Source of the DNA: Tubulanus polymorphus
Lineage: Eukaryota > Animalia > Nemertea
Assembly: GCF_964204645.1 (NCBI RefSeq)
Contig: NC_134032.1
Location: 7,800,275-7,864,274, forward strand
DNA: 64,000 nt
Reading direction: 5' to 3'
The notes under the pieces were generated by a model. The model saw only the letters and a program-made list of their open reading frames with translations, ran no database searches and was not told the origin of the DNA. A program made the position numbers and the translations under genes. Below are positions 1 to 12,555 of this stretch, one piece after another (the stretch's first letter is position 1; each line of letters starts with the position of its first letter).

Positions 1-582
1 GGCCGCTATTTAGTTTTCCTACGCATATACGTACGTCACATCCCGATAATATGGTTATTTACATAACTTCTATTTATTTTTAATTGTATCAGCAATTTTT
101 ACACATTATTTTCTAATTTTCAAGGGAAATTTTGAAGCCGTGCTTTGATCAATCAATCAGCTTATGAAATGGGTCTGTCGGACACAAGTCGGCTGTGTTT
201 TACCTTTTTTGTTCCCAAAAAGGTCGACTGATTTTGGCTTCACCTTTTCGCTCTATACGAACCTTATCGCAGACACTAAGGTACGTGATGTAATTCATGC
301 AAGAATTCAGAGACCTTCATCCATTCCTTGCAAGGGTTTGATTCCCTACCGCTAATATAAACCCTTCAATGGTCAACCCTTCGATGGTCTAATTATTGCC
401 CAAGGTTTCTTTGGACAGGTTGCTGCTACTAAAGCGGCCACCAGTCTGTAATGTATATTTTGTAACAATAATACATTAGGCGTTTTTATTTAAGCAACTC
501 GTATCAAATCGCTTTGCTCCGTCGATTACTGTCACGTGGTACAAATCGAATCGCCTTAAATAAACACTGCAGCGTATCAAAC

Positions 583-1904
583 ATGGCGGCGGCGGACGCG
601 GAAGTCAGACGAAATCGTCTGAAGAATGTTGTCTTCAATTCAGTTTTGCAGCAGTCTTTAACGCGTCCAACGGACACGGGTATATAAGTTCTGAAGAGAA
701 AAATAAGTGACTGTGACGCCGATTTTTTTCGATGATTTGAAACTGCGAGGAATTGAGATATTTGAAAGATGGGCGGAAACCTCGTATATACAGAATTATC
801 TGTCAACGGTTGCGAGTTTGTACTCACCTGGTGACTTCAAATCACGGTTCAGGATAAGCAGACAGACATTTGCCGTACTAGAAAATCACATTACGCCTAT
901 TCTTGCTGCATCTCGGACAAGAAATTCGGATATATCGTATCAGAAGCAAATACTCATTTTCATATATTACTGTAGTACCCAGGATCCATTGATTAGAAAT
1001 GCTGATATATTTGGCTGTTGTGAAGCATCAGTGTTTAGTATTATTGGTAAGTCAAATGATCACGTTATGTACAATATGAATAGCAGACAAAGTTACATCA
1101 ATTCCTGTAAGCAGTAGGCTATGTTCCATCTCTTTGTCATTTCAGCTAAGTTGAGTCAGATCATCAACAAGTATTTGCTGAAGAAGTTTATTAAATGGCC
1201 AACTGGTGATTATGTTCAACAGGTGTTCAATGGTTTCGAAGAGAAACAGCATTTTCCAAAAGTGATTAGGAGCACTGGACGGTACTCACATCCCTATCAA
1301 AACACCAAAAAAAGATGGCGAAGTCTACATTTAGAGGAAAAAGTTTCATTCAATCAATGCCACTGCTGTTTGCGATCATCAAATGCTGTTCAGGTTTGTG
1401 TTTGTGGGCTGGCCAGGATCCACACATGATTCGAGGGTGTTCAAAAATTCAAAACTAGGAACTGCTTGTGAGGACTTAGAAAAAAGAAGTGGTTTGTTTC
1501 CTAACAATAGCCATATACTCGGTGACTCAGCATATGAGTTGAATGATTACCTCTTGACTCCATTTAAAGATAATGGGGCTCTCTCTCAAATCGAGAGAGA
1601 CTATGATTTCTACCATAGTTCGACAAGAATGAAAATCGAGAACACTTTCGGTTGTCTTAAAGGTCGCTTCCGTCGCCTTGAATATATTGACATGCATGAT
1701 CAACAGAGACTTGTTGACTTGATACTAAGTTGTTTTGTGTTACACAACATCTGTTTGCTGAACCATGATGCTGTAGAAGAACAACTCAATGAAGACGTCG
1801 AGATGGAGGAACAGGCTCATAACGAAATTGAAAATGATGATGAAAATGTTTCAGCTGTTGCCAAGCGCAGAGCCATTTCTGTCATGTTGTCATTGTACAA
1901 TTGA
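583..1904 (+). pseudogene. Harbinger (HARBI1-like, DDE_Tnp_4) transposase, disrupted
   Basis: Motifs: FKSRFRISRQTF, GALDGTHIPI (across a frameshift at ~1268), GWPGSTHDSRVF, LGDSAY, IENTFGCLKGRFRRL, CFVLHNIC. GT-AG intron at ~1047-1145. An early stop follows the ATG at 583, and there are frameshifts. Confidence 0.9.
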
Positions 1905-1952
1905 TTTTTGGAGTATGGTTAAATATCGGTAAGTTGTGTTCTACTGTGAAAT

Positions 1953-2193
1953 CAAGGGCAGATCCAGGGGAGGGGGTTCTGAGGGTTCTGGAATACCGGT
2001 CAAGCTTTGTCTATGCCCCTTAATCCATTAAAAGTGCCATCGATTGGCATGATTTGGTGAGTAAGTGCCCCTGAAAACTACAAGTATGATGTAAAGTGCC
2101 CATGATTTGACATAGAAAGTGCCCTCCCCCATAATAGTGACTTCCCTTATACAATCGGAACCCCCTCGAGACAGGGCCCTGGATTCGCCCATG
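1953..2193. mobile_element. Small non-autonomous TIR element (GGGCRGATCCAG-type ends)
   Basis: caagggcagatccaggg ... ccctggattcgcccatg imperfect inverted ends, flanked by aaat on both sides. Confidence 0.55.
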
Positions 2194-2567
2194 AAATCTA
2201 ACTTGGTATTTATTTCATGTATTTTCTCAGGTGTTCATTGGACAGTAACAAACAGCTCGCAGTAGATTGAATTATACCGATTGATTTATAACCAACACTC
2301 AGTACCTTGCCATGAATCGTCGTTGTCCGCAATACTGTAAATCGCGTTCTTTAATATATCCGAGAGAACTTTTCAAGATAATTTCATCAATGTAGTTGCA
2401 TTTAAAATTTAACCAAAATGTGATCTGAAATTTAACCAAAGTGTGATTGTGCACTTCATGTGTGATCTGTTGTTATACTCAATATAGATGAAAAAATATA
2501 AGTACAATTGACCAGATAAATAAAATTGTTTTTGACCTCTCTTCTCTACTTCAATATTAGTTGGCTA

Positions 2568-2731
2568 CAGTAACCTCATTACAGCAAACATCAAGGGACC
2601 AGAAAATCTGTTCGTTATAACCGATACTTCGCTACATCCAGTATGAAATCAAATTGTTTTACATGGGACAAAATTCTGTTTCTTATATCTGATGAATCGA
2701 ATCCGAGTTTGTTATAATGAGATCCCACTGT
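2568..2731. mobile_element. Tc1/mariner-like MITE
   Basis: ta|cagtaacctcatta ... taatgagatcccactg|ta inverted ends with TA flanks. Confidence 0.5.
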
Positions 2732-3954
2732 ATTTTGCTTGGTGTCATGGCTGTATTTTTGTCACACAAGTGGTCGACATGACGGCATGCTTAAAACAAA
2801 GACAGTGAACCTCGCCTTACTCAGACATGGCAAACTCATGATTAATGCGGACAATGAAGAACTATAATAATCATTTTCTATATTCTAATTCTTAATTCAG
2901 ACCAATTTGGATGGTCCCAGTTTATTCAAGTGAGACTAACTGCATCACCGATCTGACCAAATATTTTCCAATTTTTGTGCCGTTGAAATGAGAAACGGGC
3001 AGTCGTTGCTCCTCAAGCCCCTATGGAGAAATTGAATCCATTAGAAGACTTAATACAAAAAGAATGATCTAAAAGAATGGAAAAATACTAGCATAATTGC
3101 AAGTAAGTTCGTTTATTAAATGCAAAAAGTATCACAATTAAAACTGAAAAACACATATCAGTTATTTTAATACTTCTGTATGGCTGAGACAAGTTCCTTA
3201 AAAATATTTGAATTCAGTTAAAACTTTTGCAGGTCACTAAAACTTAGAACATTATCAGGTTCCCTAACTACAAACAATAATGCTAATTCTTTAACAAAAT
3301 TCTTAATGAAAAGAAAACTTTAACAGGTCAACACAACTTGGACCACTATCAGGTTCCCTATATAAAATATAGTTTAAACAATAATACTAATTCTTCAACA
3401 AAATTCTTAATGAAAAGAAAACCTTAACAGGTCAACACAACTTAGACCACTATCAGGTTTGATAATTACTCTAATGGATCCAGATTCGCAAAACAAATTA
3501 CTCTTAAATCAATTTACGATGAACAGAGTTAATTAAGAAATAAAATCGATTTAAGAGTTACTCTTTTTGTGAAACTGGACTCGGAAGTATGTTACAGTAC
3601 TACTGTATTCAGGTAATTCTACAAACGGCTGCGATTCAACCCAGCCACTCTAGGGAACTTATCAAAGGTGAGTGTGTGATTGCACATTGCCCATCACCTG
3701 CCTTTGATAAGTTCCCAGAGTGGGCACTTTTAAGAGTCAACAAACAGTATGCTGGGCGGGACACGGAATTTAAATTCTGAAATGAAAGGGGCCCAATTCC
3801 CGACCACCTTCATACTGGATGTTGACTCAAAAAGGTACTTAGGGCCTTACAGGATTATAAATCAATGGACTTAATTACAATAGTATTTTGAGGTAAAAAT
3901 ATCACTGATTTTATGAAGGAATTACAAAATGAGAATAATCCATAATTTCAATGC

Positions 3955-5086
3955 CTTTAAAATTTATCAAGCAGTTTCTCTAATAGATTTATCTTTTTTC
4001 TTCATTTTCCATCAAATCTCTGTGTGCTGCTTTTGTAATTCCTTCATAAAATCCTGATTCTGGGTGTCACGCTTCTCCTGTAAAACTTCTAGAGCCTTGA
4101 CAACTTTAGATTTTTTTGGCGATGCCATCCGAGATAGTTTTGGCCGTTTATTTAGTGCCATTACAGGTAAGTCGAATGGATCAGTTTCCGTTTCAGTGGT
4201 TGAACTTTCATCATCCTCGATGATTGTTGATTCTCTTACGGAATCAGGTATTACATTGGCCTTAGTTCCCAAAAATTCGTCAAGTTCATCAAAAAAAGGA
4301 CAAGTTTTGGGGTCTCGTCCAGTTTTATTATCATGGTCTTTTGTTTGCCTATAGTTCCGCAAGAGATTGTTATATTTTTTATTTTAATTGCATCCAGTCG
4401 AAGTTATACCCGGCTTTCTGCATATCTTTTGCGATTTTCTCCCAAACGCGTTTCTTAACAGTTTTCTTGTCAACCCTCTTATCATGATTTTGCTTATACA
4501 GTTCTATCAGTATCAAAACCGCACCGTGAGGCATTTGTTCTACACCTAAAAAAACAAACAGTATATGTCACATTACAAACTATTAGTTGACATTTTGATA
4601 GTTGACCCCGGCCTCCAGTTCCATCCCATTTTTCGCTCCCATTGACTTTCAATTGTGGGTTTTTGTCACATGTGTTAGCGTCCGACAATTTTGCTGAAAT
4701 GAATTTTTTGCATCATCTACATTCAAATAAATGTGATTTAAGGACATGATTTTATCTATCGCTAAAAAAATCAACTTCTTATACAAAGACACCATCCTTG
4801 CGTACGTACTTGAATGGGGGCATTAAGTGATAAGTACAACTGCGTACAAGGGGGAGGGGAGTCTAAAAATTGGCAGATTTTTGCGTACCTACTTAATTGA
4901 TGGTCCCTTACCTTTGCGGATTGACGAATTCGAACAATCATCAAGATGGGTTTTCTCTCGACTGGTAACAGTGCTTTCGTAGGCTGTATCAGAAGTACAA
5001 TTATCTTCAGCTGACGTCTTATGTCTCAAATACAAATCTTTCAATTTATCAATTTCCGTTTGATCTGAAATGAAACTTAAGTTCAA
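3955..5086 (-). pseudogene. Harbinger-associated Myb/SANT-like (trihelix) DNA-binding protein gene, frameshifted
   Basis: WEKIAKDMQKAGYNFDWMQ..NLLRNYRQTKDHDNKTGRDPKTCPFFDELDEFLG followed by an acidic/Ser linker and coiled coil. It is spliced and clearly homologous to 31107-31727. Confidence 0.8.
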
Positions 5087-5379
5087 TCATAATTCTATGC
5101 ATTTATATTGATATATATATAGTTTATTTCAAACAAGAAATTGTGACAAATTTAATATTTATGACGGATGTTCCAATGTCAGTGGATAGTTATATTCTAC
5201 TACTGCTAAAACAAAATAAAATAACCCCCATGAAAATCAAAATTAACAGTCCAATTTCAGACAACTGCATGTGTCTTGATCTTAACAAAGCATCTTTGGC
5301 TAAATCACGATTGGTAGAACACTATATCCGTGTTGTCGCGATGTAGAGAGAATCCCACAATGATAATGAAAAAGTCCGA

Positions 5380-6045
5380 AAATGAAACTTCGAGATAGTA
5401 GTTTATTTCAATGTTTCGACTATATCCTAATAGTCATCTTCAGGAATAATGAGATACTACAAAAATTATGAGATATATATACAATCCAGAGACAAAGAGA
5501 CTAATTCAAGTAATCAGAGATGATACAAACTAAAGGAAAATTAACGAAGAAACAGTTTCACACTTAAGTAGATTAAAGGGAACCAAACCAAGGGGTAATT
5601 ATAAACAACAATAGTGAGTATGAATATAAATTGAAACTTAAAATCAGTAGTAAAGAGACAAACTAGGGGGCACTCAAATTAAAACAATGGTGAATACAAG
5701 TTGAGAGACTAAAATTGATGAGTGACAAATAACAAAGGATCAAGGGGGAAATCAAGTGTTGAGTTTAACCAGTTTACAGAGGAATTTTGATATAAGTTTA
5801 TTAACGGGTGAAAAACCATTGTTAAGATTTATAACTTTGTTCGAATTTTCAATTATTAATGCAGATTCCAAAATATGTCTTTTAGTTTTATCGCTGCAAG
5901 GGTAAATTAATTCAGCATTAGCGAAATCAAAATTGTGTGAAGTCTGAAGTTGCTAGCGGAGTTGCTAGTCATGTATTTCAGACCTCACACAATTTTGATT
6001 TCGCTAATGCCGAATTAATTTACCCTTGCAGCGATAAAACTAAAA
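5380..6045 (-). mobile_element. Penelope-like retroelement 3' fragment (GIY-YIG C-terminus, hammerhead-like motif, inverted 5' junction)
   Basis: Minus-strand translation SHNFDFANAELIYPCSDKTKRHILESALIIENSNKVINLNNG matches the PLE endonuclease tail. An inverted duplication (5880-5948 / 5977-6045) is typical of PLE insertions. Confidence 0.75.
5400..5452 (-). ncRNA. Minimal (type I) hammerhead-ribozyme-like motif of the Penelope element
   Basis: Minus strand reads ttattc-CTGAAGA-t-GACTAT-taggat-ATAGTC-GAAA-catt-gaaataa: CUGANGA core, perfect 6-bp stem II, GAAA, and an approximate stem I. Confidence 0.6.
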
Positions 6046-7201
6046 TCTTTTTCATTTTCAAACTTAATTTGAATTATACAGTTTATTGTTAAGCTCATGA
6101 ATATACATGTGATTCCTTAATTATTTTTTTATTTTTATATTTTTTATTGCATATTTCACAGCATTTAATATTATTTATTCGATCTGAAATATAATCAATG
6201 TTTTCTTTTAATTCAGCGTATCTAATTTTACAGCTATCATAGAATTCTAACAACTGTTTCAAACTGTAAACTGAGAATGAAAATAAACCTGAATAATACA
6301 ATTCACTAGCTTGAATCTAAAATATCTAGAATCAAAAGTCCGTTATTGCTTATAATTCATTATTGCGACAATTCATTATCTTCATAAAAAGAATTACCAA
6401 TTTTTACCAATGTAATAAATTTGCAACAAGAAACTTTGACCCCCATCAATCACTGAATGTTTGACTTAAACATTTATTCGAGATACCTACCTTGTTGTAC
6501 AAATATTAGACATTACATAGGTCCGTATAATTACATCTTTATGAATGAAGGGACTTCTTAATTTTAATTTGAATTTCCTGCTGAAATGATATTGCAATTC
6601 ATGTGAATTGAGCAAACTTCGTTCGTTGTCAGAAATAAACACTGTAAGGTTCTGCCACCTGTTGCGTTGTGAATGAACTAAGTAAGATGAATAGATTTGC
6701 TAAAGTGGTTAATAGAGGATGTAATCACCTTCTGCCTAATTTTCTGAACCGCCAAAATCAGTGTAGCAAATTTGCTACGTGGGTCAATAGAGGGTTAAAT
6801 GTCTTAGATTTTGGTAATAGCAGATTTGTTACCAAAATTAGTTATCTTTTATAATTTATGTTACATTCAAATTAATAATTTATCACAATATTTTTAAGGG
6901 GGCATTTGATCTGTTAAAACTTTTCGATATCATGTTCCTGCGTCTCATATCTTTCCAGTTATATATACGTACTTAGGTTGGATGGGTTTACTAATGCTTG
7001 CTGGTTGGATTTGAATCGCGGAACTTTGATGCACATTTTCATTCATTTTATAACCTGGAATAATATCTTCTAGAATAATGTGCTGAATATTGGTTGGAAT
7101 ATAGAAAGCTCTGTCACTCAGCCATCATTCCATTACATAAGAAGCTTTTAGTGCATCGAAAATATTGAAAGCCTTTGAAACAAATATCGTTCAGTAAAAT
7201 T

Positions 7202-8137
7202 ATGGTGACCAATCATACGACAACTTTTACGTACGAGTTGGTAATTGTAGATATCAAGTTTGTGCACCGAAAGCAATACCCGACAACATTTATAACGTTG
7301 TCGGCTGTCAATATGGTCCTTGTCACTGTGTTTGGTTTAGTCGGTAATGGCATCATAGTAGCGCTCATGTTGACTCCCAAATTCCGCAAGCAACTGTTTG
7401 GGAATTTTTTTCTCATTCTTGCCGTATCGGATAGTGGTGTGATAGTTTATTATTTATTTATGTGTCTGAATGCAGTTTATTATCACATTTACCAAACTAT
7501 TTTGATAAATGTTCATCGCGATGATTTTACTTGCATTGCGCTTTTAGTTGCGTACGTTGGTGTTTTATCATTAAGTCCCAATGTGCTTTGTTTGATATCG
7601 TTGGAAAGAGCTTGTATCGTGCGATTCCCATTCCGGGGACCTCGATTCTGGGATTCAAATGCTGCCAAACTCATTTCGCTGGTAGTAATCTGTGTATCGC
7701 TCTGTATCGTTACATACGAAGCTAAAGGTGTAGTGTATATGGAAGGAATGGGCTGCGTTCACACAACGGATAAAACGTTAATCAAAGCCCTACAAATCAC
7801 ATGTATTTTATTCATTCCAAGCTCAGTAATGATAGTCTCAACTACGCTTATAGTTCTGACGCTCGCGACAAAGCGTTTAGAGACGAATCGCTCGACGTCT
7901 TCATCGGTGTCTGTGATGGTCGTATCCACGTGCATAATGTTCCTACTGATAAGTTTCCCAAACAATGTAATTTGGATTCGGTCTTGGGTTAATCCAAAAG
8001 TTTCCCAATCACAGCTAGCCTTTCAAATAACCGACACGATCTACCGTTGGAACTTTGCGGTGAATTTCTACGTCTATGTATTAACTGGAAGAGAAATTTG
8101 CAGCGCTTTACGCCGTTATTTTCCTTGCGGACGTTAA
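7202..8137 (+). CDS. Orphan class A (rhodopsin-like) GPCR, FMRFamide-receptor-like/chemoreceptor-type, single coding exon, 311 aa
   Basis: Seven hydrophobic segments: GLVGNG (TM1), LAVSD (TM2), SLERAC (DRY equivalent), Cys in TM3 and ECL2, FIPS (TM5), ISFP (TM6), NFYVY (NPxxY equivalent). N-terminal NHT sequon. First ATG at 7202. Confidence 0.92.
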   Translation: MVTNHTTTFTYELVIVDIKFVHRKQYPTTFITLSAVNMVLVTVFGLVGNGIIVALMLTPKFRKQLFGNFFLILAVSDSGVIVYYLFMCLNAVYYHIYQTILINVHRDDFTCIALLVAYVGVLSLSPNVLCLISLERACIVRFPFRGPRFWDSNAAKLISLVVICVSLCIVTYEAKGVVYMEGMGCVHTTDKTLIKALQITCILFIPSSVMIVSTTLIVLTLATKRLETNRSTSSSVSVMVVSTCIMFLLISFPNNVIWIRSWVNPKVSQSQLAFQITDTIYRWNFAVNFYVYVLTGREICSALRRYFPCGR

Positions 8138-9019
8138 CCAAAAAACTTAGATTAATTTACTTTATTCCAAAGTATCAATTTCATTTTTAGCTCTCGAGGA
8201 ACGAGTGAGCTATTATGCGTGTTGGCATCGTGCCGTGTTGGTTTACCGTGAACCACCAAAGGACACCGTTTTTACAGTCGTTGAATTAACGAAAGATCCG
8301 ATAAATGCAGTTAAATACGCTGCAAAAATAGTTCCGGTATTCAAGATTAATATATTAATTCCACATTATATTGGGTTGAATGGCGATAGAAGTTGATCAC
8401 AATTTCAGATTTTCCGATCATTTTCTGGCTGATTTCTCTATTGAAGTATCACGGCCTCGTACTAAACGAAAACCATCGCATATGTTAAACGAATTCGAAT
8501 CTTCATTTTCTGAGAGACATTGCTAGCAGAACATTGAATTGGAATCTGCTGCACTTGTGACGAACGTGTTAGATAGGAATACCAAGAAACGAATTCCCAT
8601 TTAGACCATGCATCTAGAATTGTAAGATACAGAATTATTTGAAATAAAGGAAATTTGATGGTGTTTGTTTCTTTGTTTTCTTAAAAATTGCTTTACGTCG
8701 CTCAGATCTCCTTGTTTCCTATGAATATCCCCTGGATAATAATGTTTCAGCATTCGGGTATCATAGTTGGGTTAAATTGAACAAACTATTTTCAGAATGG
8801 CTTACCAGTTCCATTTTACATTCAAATCTAATCTTAATGAGGGCTGGGACTAGGAAGATCTTACAAATGATCTAATAAGTTACTGTTTAATCCAATAGAT
8901 GGCGACAGCATAAAATCATACTAGCTAGTACGTAACGTCATACTAGCTAGTATGATGTAACGCTAGCGCTATCTCTTAAGCATAGATAGTTACCATGTTA
9001 TTGCTGTTGGTTCATTTAA

Positions 9020-9453
9020 CCCATTAGCACTCAAGCCGCCCGAATCCGCCCCGATACTTTTCGTATGCTGCACGAAAACGGTTATAGTGGGATTCGAACC
9101 CAACAGTTTATGATAAACTACACTTCTCAGTCCTCGAAATACCAATCAGAAATCAACATCCTCCTATTTCAATTTCTCGAGTATTTCGAGTTTGAACATG
9201 ACACATCTCAGCGCTCACTTCAAATCCAAGTAAGTTTGGATGAATTTTGGGGGGGTCAAAAGGACCCGATTTTGGTGGCCCACATCATCAAATCTTACAT
9301 CTTATGAAAGCCCTGTCTATTTACTACAAAACAACACTAACTTGTAATGCATTGAAATAAATAGCAAATGAGCTATCCGGTATCGTGAACTTTAGATTTT
9401 ACCTTGAATTTTCTGAGGAGTAATTGACACTACAGTTCTTGAGTGCTAATGGG
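9020..9453. mobile_element. piggyBac-like MITE
   Basis: TTAA|CCCATTAGCACTCAAG ... CTTGAGTGCTAATGGG|TTAA: perfect 16-bp TIR with TTAA target-site duplication. Confidence 0.9.
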
Positions 9454-9880
9454 TTAAACAGGTTTAAAGTGTTTTTGAATTTGTAAATTTTTTACCGTGT
9501 TGTAAAATCTGTAAATTTGGTGTTGTTCCTCTAATATCTGTAATGGGTTTGTAAAACAGATAAAATGAATAAATAGAATAGCGCGCGTAATATTTTCAAA
9601 TTTCACGATCACGCGAAAAAAGTTTGTTTTTGCGTGGTAAGATTCGTTCTTACGCGTTTTCGTGGAAGATGTAAAAAAAAAGTATTGGCATGTCCTGAAT
9701 AAGCCACCATACCTGACAGCCCGGGGAAAATGTATTTATCTAACGTGACAAATCTCTTGCTCAAAGGGCTCACTTTTCATATAACGTGTGCTGCTTGAAA
9801 TTGTATTTTTACGGATTATACATTTACACATACATCATGATGAGAAATGATTTTTACACAGTGAATAGATTTTACGCCTT

Positions 9881-10273
9881 CTAATTTGTCAGTACGTCAG
9901 CCCATTCTCTCCCCACACACGAGCTATCGTCGGAGCACTGCTCGATAATTTCGGCAACTTTTGTACAATAATCTCTACAACTGTCGGCCTCTCCTGATCC
10001 CATGACCTTGATACACTCTTCTGCACAGGTTGCAATATCAATCCCAGCCTCAGAGGTGCTTACAAAAACCAGAAGCATTACTGAAAGTAATACGTACTAG
10101 CATCGTAAATCAAAGTAATTACCCATAAAACAAAATTTGAATCATAGTTTTGTGTGACAGCAGAACAAAAATGAGTACAGCATGGCCCATCATCTTAATC
10201 CAAAACAATCACGAAAGGGAGAGGGTAGAGTGAAAATTTAGTAGTTACCCATAACTATCAAGTAGGTACGCAT
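9881..10273 (-). CDS. Secreted 6-Cys peptide A1: join(10249..10273, 9881..10080); MRTYLIVMVMLLVFVSTSEA|GIDIATCAEECIKVMGSGEADSCRDYCTKVAEIIEQCSDDSSCVGREWADVLTN
   Basis: A canonical phase-1 GT-AG intron gives a 20-aa signal peptide ending SEA. The mature peptide is 54 aa, C-x3-C-x11-C-x3-C-x9-C-x5-C. An upstream non-coding exon has its donor at 10476. The whole structure is conserved in paralog A2. Confidence 0.88.
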
Positions 10274-10476
10274 CTTCAAGCGTCAGATATAGAGCAAAAT
10301 TCAACACTACAAATAGAATATATCAGTCGATAAAAACCAGGCGTGCACAAAAAATGAGCATGGTGTCTAAGTGCAGGGGCCAAAACAAATATTTTTGAAC
10401 TGATGTTGGTCAACACCAGCCGCCATTAAAAAGCAAAAACAAAATCAGAGCCACGACAGAGAAATATCTGACTTAC

Positions 10477-12397
10477 AGTATTATTTCAGCACCGTGCAGC
10501 TCCAAGTTCTTTCCGACAATATCGCAAATTGATAAGTGCTCTTTTATTATGTTCAGTCCGCTACTTGAAATTCAGAGGCGTGGAAACCTTACATTTCTAC
10601 TTTGTCGTGATTGGCCATTAGCGTCGAGAGTCTTATACAATAGGAATGAAAATTTGAAAAATGTTAACAAAGCATATTGAAACAGTTACTGCAGTTGACA
10701 AATGAGGTTGCCCTAAAGAACGATTTTGAAAACAATTCCAACCACTCATGAACGATCAGCACCTGTTTTCTGCGCCGGAAATAGACGACACAATTATATC
10801 ACTCGATTACCATACGGCCCTCGAAAGTTGAAATTCTATTTTCATTAAATGCTACATAATCGGATGTTATTACAAATATGTATAAAGCAAGGAATGGAAA
10901 TAGGCGACACAATTCTATCAATCGATTACCATACGGCCCTTGAAAGTTGGAATTCTATTTTCATTAAAATGTTACATTATCGGATGTTATTACAAATATG
11001 TATAAAGTACGGAAGGGAAATGTGAGTTAAGAAATACATGTGCATTTTTTCCCAAACAACAAGGAGCATCGTTGGCTGCCAAATACAAAACCGCCACCCG
11101 TTCCGTGCACCATTACTTGCTAGATGTAGGGAAACAGTCGATTCATACTTTTACCACACACGAATACTTCTACACAGGGTGAAAATGATGAAACTTACAT
11201 ATTGCTAACTGTACATTGATTCATACATTAGGGGATTAAATTTTTCCCCCTTCCCGCCATTTGTAATTTTGTAATTTTGTAAATTTGAATGTGTGAATGT
11301 GTGCATGCTTGACGAATATATGTGTTTTGAACACGCGTGAAGGATAGGTGTCTCATACCCGACAAGCAACCTTGCTTTAAATGAGCACCTACAAATGATA
11401 TTGGAACATCCTTTTATGAATATAAAATTTGTTCCAATTTCTTGTGGAAATAAACTATTATTATCATTATTCTATTATCGAAAAGCCCGTTTCTTGGAAA
11501 CACTCGTGCTGATGTCAATTTTCCTGCCGTTCAGAATCTGCCTTCTATGGTGGCTGATTCGGGCCCTCCTAAAAAGAATTTTCTGTCCGGCTAGAAGAAC
11601 AATAAAGAAATGTTCACATAGGCCGGTTTTTTTATTTGTTTGTTTTTAAGAAATGAAAGAAATTGGTTTTAGGTTTCTCTAGCCGTACAGAAAATGTTTT
11701 CACTGTGGCTCGGATCAGGTTAGTGCTGGATTCCTCTTTGATAACTGCATAATGTTACTTTCTGAAATAAAATCAATATTCATATTATACCAACATCCAA
11801 ACCTGGATTGACTTCTCAATTCATGAATCAGCCATTTTTCAAACGTACCATGCATCGCAAATTATTCTGTACGTGCTGAGCTAATTTGTTTCCCATATTT
11901 TCGATTTCTTTAAAAGTCTTTAAAAAATCATGGGTGGGTTTTGTCCCAGAAAATCATCAACCAGTCTATTGTAGCTCATGACATGTTCTATTATTGTGGT
12001 GAATATCAAAGTTATTGGTGTCTGTATGTGGTCAACGAGAGGCGTTGGATATTGGAAATCTCTGGGCCCCTATGTATTTATTTTACGCAAGGCCCGAATC
12101 AGCCACCACGATATTCTTACTCAATTCCGTTGTATCATTACGCGTAGCAGATTCAATAGAATTTTCTATGTTAATTGGACCAACAGGCGCGCGTTCATGT
12201 TAACTAGTGGGTTTGAAGTAGCAGGTGTTTAACCTTAAGATATTTGTCTGCGTCACGCGAAAGCCGTAAAGAGTGTGTCGTTAATACTGCAGAATAAACG
12301 TCAATCAAGCTTTGTTAAAACTATAAAACAGGCGAAGGCGAAGTAAATTTTGTATCTAACTGGAACCGGTGACGTCGTGCGCATTCACGTCTCAACC
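10477..12397. promoter_or_regulatory. Divergent promoter region and non-coding first exons of A1 and B1
   Basis: B1 has TATAAAA at 12322 and a donor at 12398. The A1 side has a CCAAT box (~10610, minus), GCGTGGAAA (~10578) and an E-box CACCTG (10760). The B side has CAGGTG (12222). These blocks recur in unit 2. Confidence 0.6.
10777..11020 (+). repeat. Tandem duplication, 2 x ~120 bp
   Basis: ggaaatagacgacacaattatatcactcgattaccatacggccc...tgtataaag occurs twice. Unit 2 retains only a single partial copy (~22185-22226). Confidence 0.85.
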
Positions 12398-12555
12398 GTA
12401 AGCATTTCCTTTAAGATTTGCCAATTCAGCAACGAGAAATGATCTAACTTGTTGATAGTCATTATATATAGTTTAGATTTCGTTGTTTCTTTTGATATGT
12501 TCCATTATTATTTTCCTCAGTTATAACGATTCCAAGGACTACGACTCAAATCACG

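Larger units (their letters stand above)
478..5100. mobile_element. Degenerate autonomous-type PIF/Harbinger DNA transposon (transposase plus convergent Myb/SANT gene)
   Basis: Has the two-gene Harbinger layout: HARBI1-like DDE transposase on + and Myb/SANT-like gene on -. A putative left terminus TTA|GGCGTTTTTA near 478 resembles the Harbinger ends at 33082 and 36744. The right end was not identified. Confidence 0.75.

Noticed and set aside
9881-10080. Peptide A as an attractin ortholog (IIEQC/IINEC resembles IEECKTS; 6 Cys)
   Set aside because: The Cys spacing (x3, x9-11, x3, x9, x5-6) differs from attractin and the KTS part is missing. It is an analogy only.
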